Shown here: piece by piece, positions 1 to 10,509 of the stretch | Layout of the letters: the number at the start of each line of letters is the position of its first letter | How positions within the stretch are numbered: position 1 is the stretch's first letter | NCBI GenBank assembly: GCA_015522685.1 | Contig: WALU01000051.1 | Span: 1 to 34,851 of the forward strand | DNA from: Thermoproteota archaeon | Lineage (GTDB): Archaea; Korarchaeota; Korarchaeia; Korarchaeales; Korarchaeaceae | Direction of reading: 5' to 3' | Length of the DNA stretch: 34,851 nucleotides | Translations under genes and position numbers: made by a program | The notes under the pieces: generated by a model | What the model saw: only the letters and a program-made list of their open reading frames with translations | Told to the model about the DNA's origin: nothing | The model's database searches: none

Positions 1-9
1 GATATAACT

Positions 10-783
10 ATGAGATTGAAGGCAGCAACCTTCAATGTTAATTCGATAAGATCTAGAATACAAGTGGTTACTTCTTGGCTCGAAGAGAACAAGGTCAATC
101 TGCTTTGCATGCAGGAGACAAAAGTAGATGATTTCAAATTTCCTATTAAAGAATTTAAGAATCTAGGATATCAAGTGACATTTCATGGCTCTGGAAGATA
201 TAATGGAGTCGCTATAGCCTCTAAAGAAGGGCTTGATAAGGTGAAATTTGGCCTCTTTGGTAGAGATCCGGACAGGTTGGTGAGAGGAGTCTATGAGGGG
301 GTCTACATAATAAATACGTATGTGCCCCAAGGGCATAAAATAGATGATCCTCGCTATCAGTACAAGATAAGATGGCTTAAAGATCTCAAGAAGCTGTTTG
401 AGGAGGAATATAATCCAAACTGGCTCATACTTTGGTGCGGAGATATGAACGTCGCCCCAGAGCCAATAGACGTTCATAATCCCAAGAGGCTGAAGAACCA
501 TGTTGATTTCCACATAGAGGTTAGAAAGGCATTTAAGAGAATCGTTTCATGGGGATTTATTGATGTATTCAGGAAGCACCATCTGGATGAGCCTCATCAG
601 TACACATTTTACGATTATAGGGTCAAAAATGCTATAAAGAGGGAGCTAGGCTGGAGAGTAGATCATATCTTAGCCACCAAGCCCCTCGCAGATAAATCTG
701 TTGATAGCTACATAGACATGAAACCAAGATTGATGGAGAGACCATCAGATCACACGGTGCTAGTGGCAAAGTTCAACCTCTAG
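10..783 (+). CDS. xth: Exodeoxyribonuclease III (ExoIII/Xth AP endonuclease)
   Basis: EEP-family motifs TFNVNS, LCMQETK, YNGVA, GDMN, RVDH and SDH; 257 aa. Confidence 0.95.
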   Translation: MRLKAATFNVNSIRSRIQVVTSWLEENKVNLLCMQETKVDDFKFPIKEFKNLGYQVTFHGSGRYNGVAIASKEGLDKVKFGLFGRDPDRLVRGVYEGVYIINTYVPQGHKIDDPRYQYKIRWLKDLKKLFEEEYNPNWLILWCGDMNVAPEPIDVHNPKRLKNHVDFHIEVRKAFKRIVSWGFIDVFRKHHLDEPHQYTFYDYRVKNAIKRELGWRVDHILATKPLADKSVDSYIDMKPRLMERPSDHTVLVAKFNL

Positions 784-866
784 CACATAACTCGACTATA
801 ACTATTAAGAAGTGAAAAGTGCGTGAGATGGAAAGAAATTATGCATTTATGTCAATATAGGACATC

Positions 867-1805
867 TTAAGGGATCTCCGTCCCATATACTATCTTATTC
901 CCCTCATTAAATGCAAAAGCCATTTTTGGTGCATTGTAAGCTATTCCAACATTGCCCTTAGGATCTATTATGATGAGACCAGCTCTCCCACCGACTTTGC
1001 TCTCCATTAGCTTTATTGCTCTAACGGCAGCCCTCATTGGATCTCCTTCGAGCTTTATATACCCCAAGGCGGTCTTGGATAGCACAATTTTCATAATGGT
1101 TTCTCCGAGCCCTGTGGCGCTTGCGGCGCCAAGTTCGTTATCTGCATATGCTCCGCACCCTATAAGAGGAGTATCTCCAACCCTACCTGGCATTTTAAAA
1201 GGTATTCCCCCGGTTGAAGTGGCAGCAACCACATTCCCCTTAGAATCCAGAGCTACAGCTCCAACTGTGGAGTACATGGACCTCCTCATTGGATCTAATT
1301 TTCCTTCCTTCATATCCTCCCACTCTTCTCTTCTTCGATCAGTAACGAAGTAGGATAAACTCTCTAATCTCAAGCCAAATTGCTTCGCGAGATTATCAGC
1401 TGAATTCCCTATGAACATATTATTATCTGTTTTTTCCATGATAATTCGAGCGAGTTTCACAGGATTTCTAACTCTCCTAACTCCCGCAATAGATCCCATT
1501 CCTAGATCAGCTCCATCTACTATTATGGCATCCATCTCAACAAATCCATCCTTATTTAGCACAGATCCCTTACCAGCATCGAAGATGGGATCATTCTCCA
1601 TATATACTACTGCTGTCTCTACCGCATCTAGGGCGCTGCCTCCCGATACTAGTACATCCAACCCGACTTCTGCAGCTTTTTTTACACCAACTGAATATAG
1701 ACCGGTATTGTTTTTTGGTATATTACCCGCACCACCGTGCACTATGATTCTTACCTTCTCGGTATACCTCCTCGATAGAAGAGAATTCAAGTTGGTCCCT
1801 GTCAC
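867..1805 (-). CDS. Isoaspartyl peptidase / type-2 (plant-type) L-asparaginase, Ntn hydrolase
   Basis: HGGAG, EMDA, TVGAVA (Thr nucleophile), ATSTGG, GRVGDTP, TGLGE. Start uncertain. Confidence 0.93.
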   Translation of the reverse strand: MTGTNLNSLLSRRYTEKVRIIVHGGAGNIPKNNTGLYSVGVKKAAEVGLDVLVSGGSALDAVETAVVYMENDPIFDAGKGSVLNKDGFVEMDAIIVDGADLGMGSIAGVRRVRNPVKLARIIMEKTDNNMFIGNSADNLAKQFGLRLESLSYFVTDRRREEWEDMKEGKLDPMRRSMYSTVGAVALDSKGNVVAATSTGGIPFKMPGRVGDTPLIGCGAYADNELGAASATGLGETIMKIVLSKTALGYIKLEGDPMRAAVRAIKLMESKVGGRAGLIIIDPKGNVGIAYNAPKMAFAFNEGNKIVYGTEIP

Positions 1806-2039
1806 TAATCCAATTGGTATTATAAATAATTTGCCTAATCACATATTTAACGCCGAAATATTATGATTAATGATTTTATTATATATGGAATAGGATCATT
1901 CTTACTTACTAGCTGAATGATACTGGGCGCATCTCTTATATTTTCCGATGAAGGTAGCCTATCCAGCTAGGCAAAATATTTCGCAGTAATGATTTAAAAA
2001 TAAATAAATAGAATAAATAAAAAAGCAAAGATAAGGTAT

Positions 2040-3326
2040 TTAGGCTCCAACTTCTGGTGATGGTATATATTTAGGAACGACCATCTTAACTAGCTTGTAC
2101 TTTCCATTCACTATCTTTATTATCGCCACGCCTTTCTGCGGGACTCTATGTCCTGGAGAATAACTTATCTCTCCAGTAACTCCCTGGAATCCATGTATAT
2201 TCTCTAAAGCCTCCGTTATCTTAGCTGGGTTATCCGTTCCAGCGTTCTTTATGGCCTGAGCTAATACCCTCATTGCATCATAACCTAAAGCTGCGAAAGC
2301 ATTCTCCGGCGAATGTCCGAACATGGCCTTGTAATCATTCACGAACTTAACTATCCTCGGATCTTTACTCTCTAAGCTTGTATGTGTGGTGAAGAGAACA
2401 CCTTCAGCATACTTCCCACCCACCTTAACTAGTAAGGGAGTATCAAAACCATCTTCTCCTAAGATCGGTATCTTAACTCCAGCCTGCCTGATCTGCTTTA
2501 CTATAAGACCTGCATTATCTGGTATAGCTCCTATGTAGACTCCATCTACACCTTTCGTGCTCTTCAATCTCGCTATCAATGCGGAGAAGTCCTTATCCTC
2601 AGTCTGGAATGTATCTACATAAGCTATTTTGCCACCTAAATGCTCAAAGGCATTCTTGAAGTACTTAGTAACAGCTACGCTATAATCGACCTTGATATCC
2701 TGCCAAATCGCTATGTTCCTCAAGCCTAAACTGTTGTAAGCATACTCTGCCATGGCTGCGGCCTGTACGTTATCTCCAAAGCATGCTAAAAATGCACCAA
2801 CTCTTTCAGGAATAAGTGGGTAGGTAGCTCCTGGGGTTATAAAAGGAATACCCGCCTTCTGTATTATAGGCCCGGCAGTGAGGACCCAGTGAGTATCTGT
2901 ATAACCTAATACAGCAGCTACATGTTCAACATCCACTAATCTATGTGCAGCAGCAGTTGTTTCGGCCTCATTACCTTTGGTGTCTATTACTGTGGCCTCT
3001 ATCTGTCTGCCTAGCAGGCCTCCTTGATCATTGATCTGCTTTATAGCTAACTTAATACCATTCCAAGCGGGGCCATCTATAGAGGCCCAAGGACCTGTTA
3101 GTCCCATTAGAACTCCTATCTTTATAGGCTTCTTAGATGCAGCTGTTATCGTGGTAGTGGTTCCTGCAGTTTTCGTTACAGTAATGGTCGCTGTCTGTGT
3201 TACGGCCCCTGCAGTTTTCGTTATAGTCTTTACAGCACCAGCTCCACCCCCACCTGCATAATACCCAATAACTAATCCAATAATAAGAAAGATAATAGAG
3301 ATGGTAGTCCATGCCTTAGAATCCAT
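2040..3326 (-). CDS. livK: Liv-type (branched-chain amino acid/amide) ABC transporter substrate-binding protein, membrane-anchored
   Basis: N-terminal TM helix, Thr-rich linker, PIKIG..GL(T)G, GGLLGR, GYDA, GVTG. Start moved from the ORF-track 3368 to ATG 3326 because a TATA box lies 23-30 nt upstream of it. Confidence 0.9.
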   Translation of the reverse strand: MDSKAWTTISIIFLIIGLVIGYYAGGGGAGAVKTITKTAGAVTQTATITVTKTAGTTTTITAASKKPIKIGVLMGLTGPWASIDGPAWNGIKLAIKQINDQGGLLGRQIEATVIDTKGNEAETTAAAHRLVDVEHVAAVLGYTDTHWVLTAGPIIQKAGIPFITPGATYPLIPERVGAFLACFGDNVQAAAMAEYAYNSLGLRNIAIWQDIKVDYSVAVTKYFKNAFEHLGGKIAYVDTFQTEDKDFSALIARLKSTKGVDGVYIGAIPDNAGLIVKQIRQAGVKIPILGEDGFDTPLLVKVGGKYAEGVLFTTHTSLESKDPRIVKFVNDYKAMFGHSPENAFAALGYDAMRVLAQAIKNAGTDNPAKITEALENIHGFQGVTGEISYSPGHRVPQKGVAIIKIVNGKYKLVKMVVPKYIPSPEVGA

Positions 3327-3348
3327 AGGCTCTTTTCTATAACAGAAA

Positions 3349-3356
3349 CTTATAAA
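3349..3356 (-). promoter_or_regulatory. Putative TATA box (TTTATAAG) for livK
   Basis: Plus-strand CTTATAAA, 23-30 nt from ATG 3326, the usual spacing for an archaeal leaderless transcript. Confidence 0.5.
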
Positions 3357-3983
3357 GATATCTATCAAACAGTTCTATTTTATCGTCTGACATAATTTAA
3401 TAAAAATATAAATGTAGAGGAAATTATAGAAATATAATTGAAAAGCCTAACTACCGTGCGATTACCTGATGACTGAATTATGCTGGAAAAACACATCATA
3501 GGTTATATATACCCTTGCACTGATGAAAAACATCATTTGGTTGATATGGAGGAGGCTTTTGAGATGCCATAGTAAACCGCCTATTGAAATTGATTTATTT
3601 AAGCATATTTACTTTTAAGCTAAATATTCACCTTATTCAAGATGAGCTTAATGTCCCTCTAACTTAAAACATATGTTACATCGTTATAATATTAAATCTT
3701 ATATTTAAGTGTACATCTCCACAAAAATTATAATTTAATTGAAAATTATATATTTTTATAAAAATGAGGATCACTTTCATAGCATGATACTGTATCTAAG
3801 CGGCTCTATTGGAAGCTCATTCCCTGAACTGCCTCTGCTCTTAACTAAAATAACGAGGAGGCATTCTAATATTAATAGCGAAAGTACACTAGCTAATTTA
3901 GTGCCTAGTCTTGAAAATATATCCTCTATATTCTTGAATCATAGAGCCCTCCACATATACAAGGTAAATAATGAGGTGGTCAT

Positions 3984-4760
3984 ATGAGCGTTTTACTTGA
4001 TGTAAAGGATCTTAAAAAATCATTTGGAGGCCTCTGGGCAGTTAAATCTTATAGTTTAGAGTTACCCAAGGGCAAGATATACGGGCTCATAGGTCCAAAT
4101 GGGGCGGGAAAGACGACCATATTTAACATGATCAATAACTTCATAAAACCAAGTGGCGGGAGGATTTCATTTAATGAGGTAGATATTACAGGCAAGAAAC
4201 CGGACTTCATAGCCAGATTAGGGATAGCTAGGACCTTCCAGAACTTGAGGCTGTTCAGAAATCTAAATACAGAGATTAATATAAAGATAGGGGGCCACAA
4301 ATATCTAAAATATGGCTTTTATGACTTAATAACAAATACGTCCAGGTATAAGAAAGAAGAAGAAGATCTAAATAAACTTGTAAATGAGATAATGAATCTT
4401 CTTAATCTCAAAAGATATAAAGATTCAATCGTTGGTAGCTTACCTTACGGTATTCAAAAGAGAGTGGAGATAGCGAGAGCTCTCGTATCTAAGCCTGAAC
4501 TCCTCCTGATGGACGAGCCTACAGCAGGAATGAACCCATCAGAAGCTAGAGAACTGGAAGAATTTGTTAAAGAGGTAAAAGAGGAATTCTCTCTTACAAT
4601 TTTAATAATAGAACATAGAATGCCTTTTGTCATGAGATTGGCGGAGAAGATCCAAGTTTTGGATCATGGAATCCTCATCGCTGAAGGAATTCCTGAAGAA
4701 GTGAGGACAAATCGTAAGGTTATTAAAGCTTATTTAGGAGAGGTGAAAAATCTTGCTTAA
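3984..4760 (+). CDS. livG: Liv-type ABC transporter ATP-binding protein
   Basis: GPNGAGKTT, ARTFQ, LPYG, LLMDEP, IEH, C-terminal AYLG; GAGGTG RBS upstream. Confidence 0.95.
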   Translation: MSVLLDVKDLKKSFGGLWAVKSYSLELPKGKIYGLIGPNGAGKTTIFNMINNFIKPSGGRISFNEVDITGKKPDFIARLGIARTFQNLRLFRNLNTEINIKIGGHKYLKYGFYDLITNTSRYKKEEEDLNKLVNEIMNLLNLKRYKDSIVGSLPYGIQKRVEIARALVSKPELLLMDEPTAGMNPSEARELEEFVKEVKEEFSLTILIIEHRMPFVMRLAEKIQVLDHGILIAEGIPEEVRTNRKVIKAYLGEVKNLA

Positions 4761-5454
4761 GCTTGATAAGGTAGATGTCTATTATGGTGCTATTCAGGCC
4801 CTTAGAGGAGTCAGTATAAAAGTGGATGAGGGGAAAGTAGTATCTCTCATAGGAGCTAATGGAGCGGGTAAGACGACTACTCTAAAGACGGTCATAGGAC
4901 TGTTAAAGCCAAAGAAGGGAAAAGTTATATATAAGGGGGAAAATATAGCTCACCTCTCATCTCATAAAAGAGTAAAAATGGGGATATCAATAGTCCCTGA
5001 GGGTAGGAGAATCTTCTCTAGGCTCACTGTATTAGAGAACCTTATGATAGGAGCATACACTAGAGAGGATAAGGGGATAAAGGATGATCTAAATTTTGTA
5101 ATGGATCTATTCCCCATATTGAGGGAGAGAGAGAACCAGCTCGCAGGTACACTGAGCGGTGGGGAGCAGCAGATGCTTGCAATAGCTAGAGCTTTAATGG
5201 GAAGGCCTGAACTCCTCCTGATGGACGAGCCTTCATTAGGACTTGCTCCTAATATAGTAATTGAAGTTTATAAAACGATAAAAGAGATAAATAAGAGAGG
5301 AGTTACAATTCTTCTTGTGGAGCAGAACGTGAATATGGCTCAGAGAGTATCTAGCTATATGTATGTCCTTGAAAACGGAATAGTTAACATATCAGGGACT
5401 CCTCAGAATGTCGTTAGTCTAGATGAGATCAAGAAAGCCTATTTGGGTGGTTAA
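4753..5454 (+). CDS. livF: Liv-type ABC transporter ATP-binding protein
   Basis: GANGAGKTT, VPEGRRIF, LSGGEQQM, DEPSLGLAP, VEQN; overlaps livG. Confidence 0.95.
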   Translation: MLKLDKVDVYYGAIQALRGVSIKVDEGKVVSLIGANGAGKTTTLKTVIGLLKPKKGKVIYKGENIAHLSSHKRVKMGISIVPEGRRIFSRLTVLENLMIGAYTREDKGIKDDLNFVMDLFPILRERENQLAGTLSGGEQQMLAIARALMGRPELLLMDEPSLGLAPNIVIEVYKTIKEINKRGVTILLVEQNVNMAQRVSSYMYVLENGIVNISGTPQNVVSLDEIKKAYLGG

Positions 5455-5456
5455 AA

Positions 5457-6356
5457 ATGCTATCAGCCAGCTATTTTGCTCAGCAGTTGATAAATGGAAT
5501 AGTTTTGGGCAGCATGTACTCCCTACTTGCCCTAGGGATGACAGTCGTTTATGGTATACTCAGACTGATAAACTTCGCTCATGGAGCTTTTGTGATGCTG
5601 GGGGCTTTCTTCATATACTTCCTTACATCACTATGGAATGTACCCTTCCCCCTAGCCCTCGTCGCCCTAGCAATCTTCGGAGGTGTGATGGGAGTTTTCT
5701 ATGATACAGTAGGGTTCAGAAAGCTCAGAGGAAGAGGTGAGCTTCCTCTACTTATAACTAGCTTGGGAATATATATATTCCTAGAGAACCTTGCTAAAAT
5801 GATATTCTCGCCTCAGAGCTATGCCTTTTCAGCCCCAGACTATTTTTATGATAGGATAAGCTTGGGAAATGTGAGTATAGCCAATATAGATGTATTCACC
5901 ATAGCCTCCTCCATAATAATAGTTGTTGCATTCTCTCTGTTTCTCAGAAAGACTAAAGTAGGCATAGCTATGAGAGCCACTGCGGAGGATCTTGAAGCGG
6001 CTAGAATGATGGGAATTAATATAGATAAAGTAATACTTACAGCATTTATTATAGGAACTGCTATAGCAGCTCTAACGGGGTTTATGTGGGGAGCCAAATA
6101 TTCCTCAATACAGTACAATATAGGCTTCATGATAGGAGTTAAGGCATTTGTAGCTGTAGTCATAGGAGGGCTTGGAAGCGTTGCTGGATCAATGCTTGGC
6201 GGGTATATCCTAGGTATAGCTGAAATCTTGACTGTTGGGCTACTTCCACCCGGTTATGCGCCATACAGAGATGGAATCGTCTTTACTTTACTTGTTATAA
6301 TACTCCTAACTAGGCCATCAGGTCTCCTTGGTCAGAAGGAGGAGGTGAGGATCTGA
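5457..6356 (+). CDS. livH: Liv-type ABC transporter permease
   Basis: INFAHG, TKVGIAMRA, KAFVAVVIGGLGS, RPSGL; multiple TM segments. Confidence 0.94.
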   Translation: MLSASYFAQQLINGIVLGSMYSLLALGMTVVYGILRLINFAHGAFVMLGAFFIYFLTSLWNVPFPLALVALAIFGGVMGVFYDTVGFRKLRGRGELPLLITSLGIYIFLENLAKMIFSPQSYAFSAPDYFYDRISLGNVSIANIDVFTIASSIIIVVAFSLFLRKTKVGIAMRATAEDLEAARMMGINIDKVILTAFIIGTAIAALTGFMWGAKYSSIQYNIGFMIGVKAFVAVVIGGLGSVAGSMLGGYILGIAEILTVGLLPPGYAPYRDGIVFTLLVIILLTRPSGLLGQKEEVRI

Positions 6357-7381
6357 TGAAGAAGGACATGACGAAAGGCATATTAACGATAGTGCTATTC
6401 TTTATAATACTCTGGATAGCCCAACAGAACTTAAACAAGTATGTAATGTTTATAATCGACCTTATAGGCGTTTACATGCTTATAGTCCTCAGCTTGAATC
6501 TCACTAATGGATATACAGGTCTATTTAACTTGGGGCATGCAGGTTTCATGGCTGTCGGTGCATATACATCGGTGCTTCTCACATTTCCTGCGGCAGCTAG
6601 AAAATTTGCAGCTTTACCTTATCTTCCACCATGGCTTGGAGGTCCAAACTATCAATGGCCCTTCCTCCCGGCTCTCTTAATGGGTGGAATTCTAGCTGCT
6701 CTCCTAGCGATACCTGTTGGCTTGCCGGCTCTTAGGCTTAGAGGACATTATTTTGCAGTTATGACGCTGGGTTTTATGATAATAATGGAGACTATAGCCA
6801 TAAATGCTAGGGGACTAACTAGGGGAGCCCTTGGAATAAATGCCATTCCTACATATACAAATGTGTTCTGGACATATGGATGGATTCTCATCTTCCTCTA
6901 TATAGATATAATGCTCATGAGATCTTCGTATGGAAGAGCAATGCTCGCTATAAGGGAGGATGAAATAGCTGCTCAAGCTATGAGCATAAACCTAACGAAA
7001 TACAAGATGGTACCCTTCGTGCTCAGCGCTTTCTTCCAAGGGATAGCAGGCGGTCTCTTCGCTCATCTGACAACTAATATAAGCCCATACGATTTCTCCT
7101 TCGACCTAACATTTGCTACAATAATAATGCTTATAATAGGGGGATCTGGGACTATGACAGGTGCTATCCTAGGCACAAGCATACTTACAGCGCTTTCCTT
7201 CGCATTAAAGCCTGTCGAGGAGGGATTAAGGCTTTACGGCTTGATAGAGCTGATATATTCAGCTCTCCTGATTATAGTAATGATAAAATGGCCTCTTGGA
7301 ATATCTGGGGGAAATGAATGGACGTTGGACTATATAGCTAGGAAATTAAGATTGAAGAGAAAAGATACATATACCACCTGA
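6356..7381 (+). CDS. livM: Liv-type ABC transporter permease
   Basis: GYTGLFNLGHAGF, LRLRGHYFA, GRAMLAIREDE, GGSGT; TGATG overlap with livH. Confidence 0.94.
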   Translation: MKKDMTKGILTIVLFFIILWIAQQNLNKYVMFIIDLIGVYMLIVLSLNLTNGYTGLFNLGHAGFMAVGAYTSVLLTFPAAARKFAALPYLPPWLGGPNYQWPFLPALLMGGILAALLAIPVGLPALRLRGHYFAVMTLGFMIIMETIAINARGLTRGALGINAIPTYTNVFWTYGWILIFLYIDIMLMRSSYGRAMLAIREDEIAAQAMSINLTKYKMVPFVLSAFFQGIAGGLFAHLTTNISPYDFSFDLTFATIIMLIIGGSGTMTGAILGTSILTALSFALKPVEEGLRLYGLIELIYSALLIIVMIKWPLGISGGNEWTLDYIARKLRLKRKDTYTT

Positions 7382-7388
7382 TTTTTTT
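7382..7388 (+). terminator. Possible oligo(T) terminator after livM
   Basis: T7 tract directly after the stop codon. Confidence 0.35.
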
Positions 7389-7511
7389 GAATATATGATG
7401 CTTTAAATAGATTTTTTCACTCACATTTGACATAAGGACGATGCTCCTTTGATAAATGTTTCAATCGATAAGGTTATTTCTTACCGTCTGCTGACTTAAT
7501 GGCGATGATTT

Positions 7512-8276
7512 ATGGGCATCATCCTAGATAAGGACGTGAACCTCCTTTTTCTAAGTGGGAAGAAGTTTAGGAAGGGAAGCTACGATAAAGCATTGATACC
7601 AGTTGGAGCATGCGAGAATCACGGGGATCACCTTCCCTTTGGCTCTGATACTATAGTCTCCACTAAGATAGCTGAAGAAGTAGCCAAGAGGGTTAAGGGG
7701 GCATTCGTAGTCCCACCCCTACCCTACGGAATGAGTGAGCACTATGCCATGTTTCCAATAGCCGTCTCTCTCAAACCTGAAACAGTTGTTGCAGTCCTTA
7801 AAGACGTTTTTGAAAGCCTTTACAAGCACGGACTAAGGAAATTCCTAGTAATAAATGGCCATGACGGAAATATAGAGCCTATAGAGATAGCATCTAGGCA
7901 ATTCAAGGTATCTCATAAAGATGCGAAAATAGCAGTACTAGATGCTTGGTGGGTGACGGCAGGAGAGCTCCTGCCTCCTGGTACCTTTGAAGTATGGGAT
8001 GGCCTAGGACATGCTGGTGAGGGTGAAACATCTATCAACTTGGCCATAGCCCCCGAGCTCGTTGATATGAAATCTGCTAAAGGCATAGTTCCAAAGCTTC
8101 CTGAGCACATAAAGATAGAGTGGACCTTCGATGAGCTGACTCCATATGGTGCTACAGGAGATCCAACAAAGGCCACAAAAGAGAAAGGAGAGAAGATGCT
8201 CAATGCAATCGTAGATTTCTTAGTGAAGTTCATACAAGATATGGATGCAAAAGACTGGAATTACAAGCAATACTGA
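7512..8276 (+). CDS. Creatininase-family amidohydrolase
   Basis: PVGACENHGDHLP..D, SEHY..FP, NGHDGN, HAGEGETS. Confidence 0.92.
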   Translation: MGIILDKDVNLLFLSGKKFRKGSYDKALIPVGACENHGDHLPFGSDTIVSTKIAEEVAKRVKGAFVVPPLPYGMSEHYAMFPIAVSLKPETVVAVLKDVFESLYKHGLRKFLVINGHDGNIEPIEIASRQFKVSHKDAKIAVLDAWWVTAGELLPPGTFEVWDGLGHAGEGETSINLAIAPELVDMKSAKGIVPKLPEHIKIEWTFDELTPYGATGDPTKATKEKGEKMLNAIVDFLVKFIQDMDAKDWNYKQY

Positions 8277-8466
8277 GCTCTACTACTTTTTCTTTCATTT
8301 ATAGCTTTGTAGAGGATATCGTAACTTAAGAGAGAAATCGCATTTTTAAATAGAATCTGACTTAGTCTTCCCTTTTTCTAACAAAAATTCCCCGTGCGCC
8401 TAGGGGAATAAGTTAAGGAACATATGATTGCTTTTCATTTTTTAGAATAAATTTAAATATATGATC

Positions 8467-9130
8467 TTAATGAATAAAGATTGAGATAACTGTACCGATA
8501 ACTAGACTCGAAAGCATCGAACTAAGAGTAATCTCTGTTAGATTCATCTTGGGATATCCCCAAAGTAAACCGACATAATAAAAGGAAATAGTTGCATTTC
8601 CAACTATCTTTCTTATTTTAAAGAAAGTATTCAAATAAGCTTTAAAAAGATCTGGATTTGTGATATAAAAGTAGTACTGGGAAAGCGTTATAATATCTAT
8701 AAATAGCATAATATAGTATACATTATATGCAATGGAATTTGTTTTTAGAAGGTTACCATACTCTATACTAAATTCACCTAACGTAATCCAAAGAGGCCAT
8801 CCAATTCAAGTAGCGTGAAGAAATAGGCCAAAAACTTAGACAAAAAATGCCGGAATCCAGTGAATAATGTTACAGAGTAGTCCTTTCCTCTATCAAATAA
8901 GTTAATTTTATAAAAGGATAAAAATTCTGTTAGAATTGATAAGATAATAACAGGAAAGAGATATTAATGGTTAAATCATTATCGACATCGCTGATTAAAA
9001 TTGCAAGGCTTAATGAGGCAAGGAATCCTATAAATTGAGAAATTAAAGCACTTGTAATTATACCTTTTTTTGGGTAGTAGTAATAATTATTAATATAGCC
9101 TCCTAACTCCAAGGCTTTATCTCCTCTCAT
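8467..9130 (-). pseudogene. Fragmented AT-rich membrane-protein gene
   Basis: Three consecutive hydrophobic frame segments (8930-9130; a bridging LSILTEFLSFY...FGLR segment; IGWPLWITLGEF... running in frame into 8467-8709), joined by at least two frameshifts. Confidence 0.5.
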
Positions 9131-9331
9131 AAGGAACGCTTAGCCTTGCAACTCCTCCTAGTTGAGCCTAAGTTTTACTCTGAGTCGCGCGCGAATTATC
9201 TCTTTAATAGGGTCTAATTTGGTCTTTCCTTCTTTCCCTAACTTTCCATAAGTATTTTATCTGGCATACCATAACAATCATTGGGATGCTAATATTACTT
9301 TATTCTGAAGGTTACCCTCTTCAGCTGTAAG

Positions 9332-9841
9332 GTGATCCTAATGAATATGAATATGGGAGAGTACTGCTTCAAACCAATCGGGTTGGTGAGAGTATTAAAT
9401 GAAAGAGAAGAGATAAAAAGTAGCTATGAAGGCGTCGAAGGATATGTTGAAATATTTAAAGAATTCTCGAAGGGCCTATTGAAGCTGGAAGGTTTTTCGC
9501 ACATAATTCTCATAACTCGCCTCCATGAAGCGACAGAGGAACAGAGGAGAGTATTGGTGGTCAAGCCTAGAAGACTTACTCGATTTGGTATATCAATGGA
9601 CGGTCTACCTGATGTAGGTGTATTTGCTTCTGACTCGCCTCACAGGCCCAACCCTATCGGCCTTCATATAGTAAGGCTAAAGAGAATAGAAGATAACAGG
9701 CTTTATGTCTCCGGCTTGGATACATTCGATAAAACACCAGTTTTAGATATAAAACCATATACTATATCTAGAAAGATAGAGAATCCAGGATATCCTAAAT
9801 GGTACATTGAGCTAGTTCATAAAACTGGAATAGAAGTATGA
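9332..9841 (+). CDS. tsaA: TsaA/TrmO-family SAM-binding protein (tRNA m6t6A37 methyltransferase-like)
   Basis: FKPIG, GL..LEGFSH, GVFA..SPHRPNPIG, LD..D.TPVLDIKPY. Start may be a later ATG. Confidence 0.88.
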   Translation: MILMNMNMGEYCFKPIGLVRVLNEREEIKSSYEGVEGYVEIFKEFSKGLLKLEGFSHIILITRLHEATEEQRRVLVVKPRRLTRFGISMDGLPDVGVFASDSPHRPNPIGLHIVRLKRIEDNRLYVSGLDTFDKTPVLDIKPYTISRKIENPGYPKWYIELVHKTGIEV

Positions 9842-10509
9842 GGACGAAAACTAACTTCCCTTACTATTCAATTTTCTGAAGATCATGTATAACGCTTCAA
9901 CTGCTATAGAGATCCCAAAATAAGCCTATATCTGTAGTACATGAATTTTTTACCTAAAGTCGGGCTTTTTAGTCTAATGTCTTGGCGTCGAATGAAGAAT
10001 TAAGATATCTCTCAAAAGTTCAAGGAAGGCAGGGCGGATTCTTCGCCTTAAAAGTACTCACTCATTTATATGGTCCTATTTCCTGACGGTGCACAGCTGA
10101 CCAATCCTTGGGCATCATAATGAAGGCATCACCAAACTTCCTCTCCCCTTTGGGGATCTCTGATTTTTAGGGACTTCAAGGCTATCTAATAAAGAGAAAT
10201 TTTTTCTCTCGAGCCATAAGAGAATGAAACAGTACAAGGTAGTTATTTTCTATCCTAAAATTCTTAGGACTTCTTCTATCGACGCACTGCCGATTAAGAG
10301 AATTATTCTCCTTTAGTAAGTATAGGCATAAATATTATAACCTATTTCATACAGAATCAAGTAAATAGGCGGCTTATTTTCTTTAATTTGGCTCTCATGG
10401 AGAGTACTCTAGAATAGTGTGTTAGAAGTTACTTGCTATATATCATATCTGATCTAGCACAAATTATTAGATTGATAGTGATACAGTAGCTAATAATTGG
10501 TAGATAAAA

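Noticed and set aside
163-1866. Antisense ORFs inside xth and the asparaginase gene, and similar shadow ORFs throughout (e.g. 10854-11366, 33558-33968)
   Set aside because: They lie opposite well-supported genes and have no recognisable motifs
3480-3987. A 30-aa ORF at 3480 (MLEKHIIGYIYPCTDEKHH..) and the 82-aa ORF 3739-3987 in the livK-livG spacer
   Set aside because: No motif or RBS support; AT-rich promoter DNA readily yields such frames
9842-10509. Long intergenic stretch with a small GC hairpin (AGGGCG-gattctt-CGCCTT) resembling an IS200/IS605 end
   Set aside because: Stem is short and imperfect, and I recognised no TnpA or TnpB remnant
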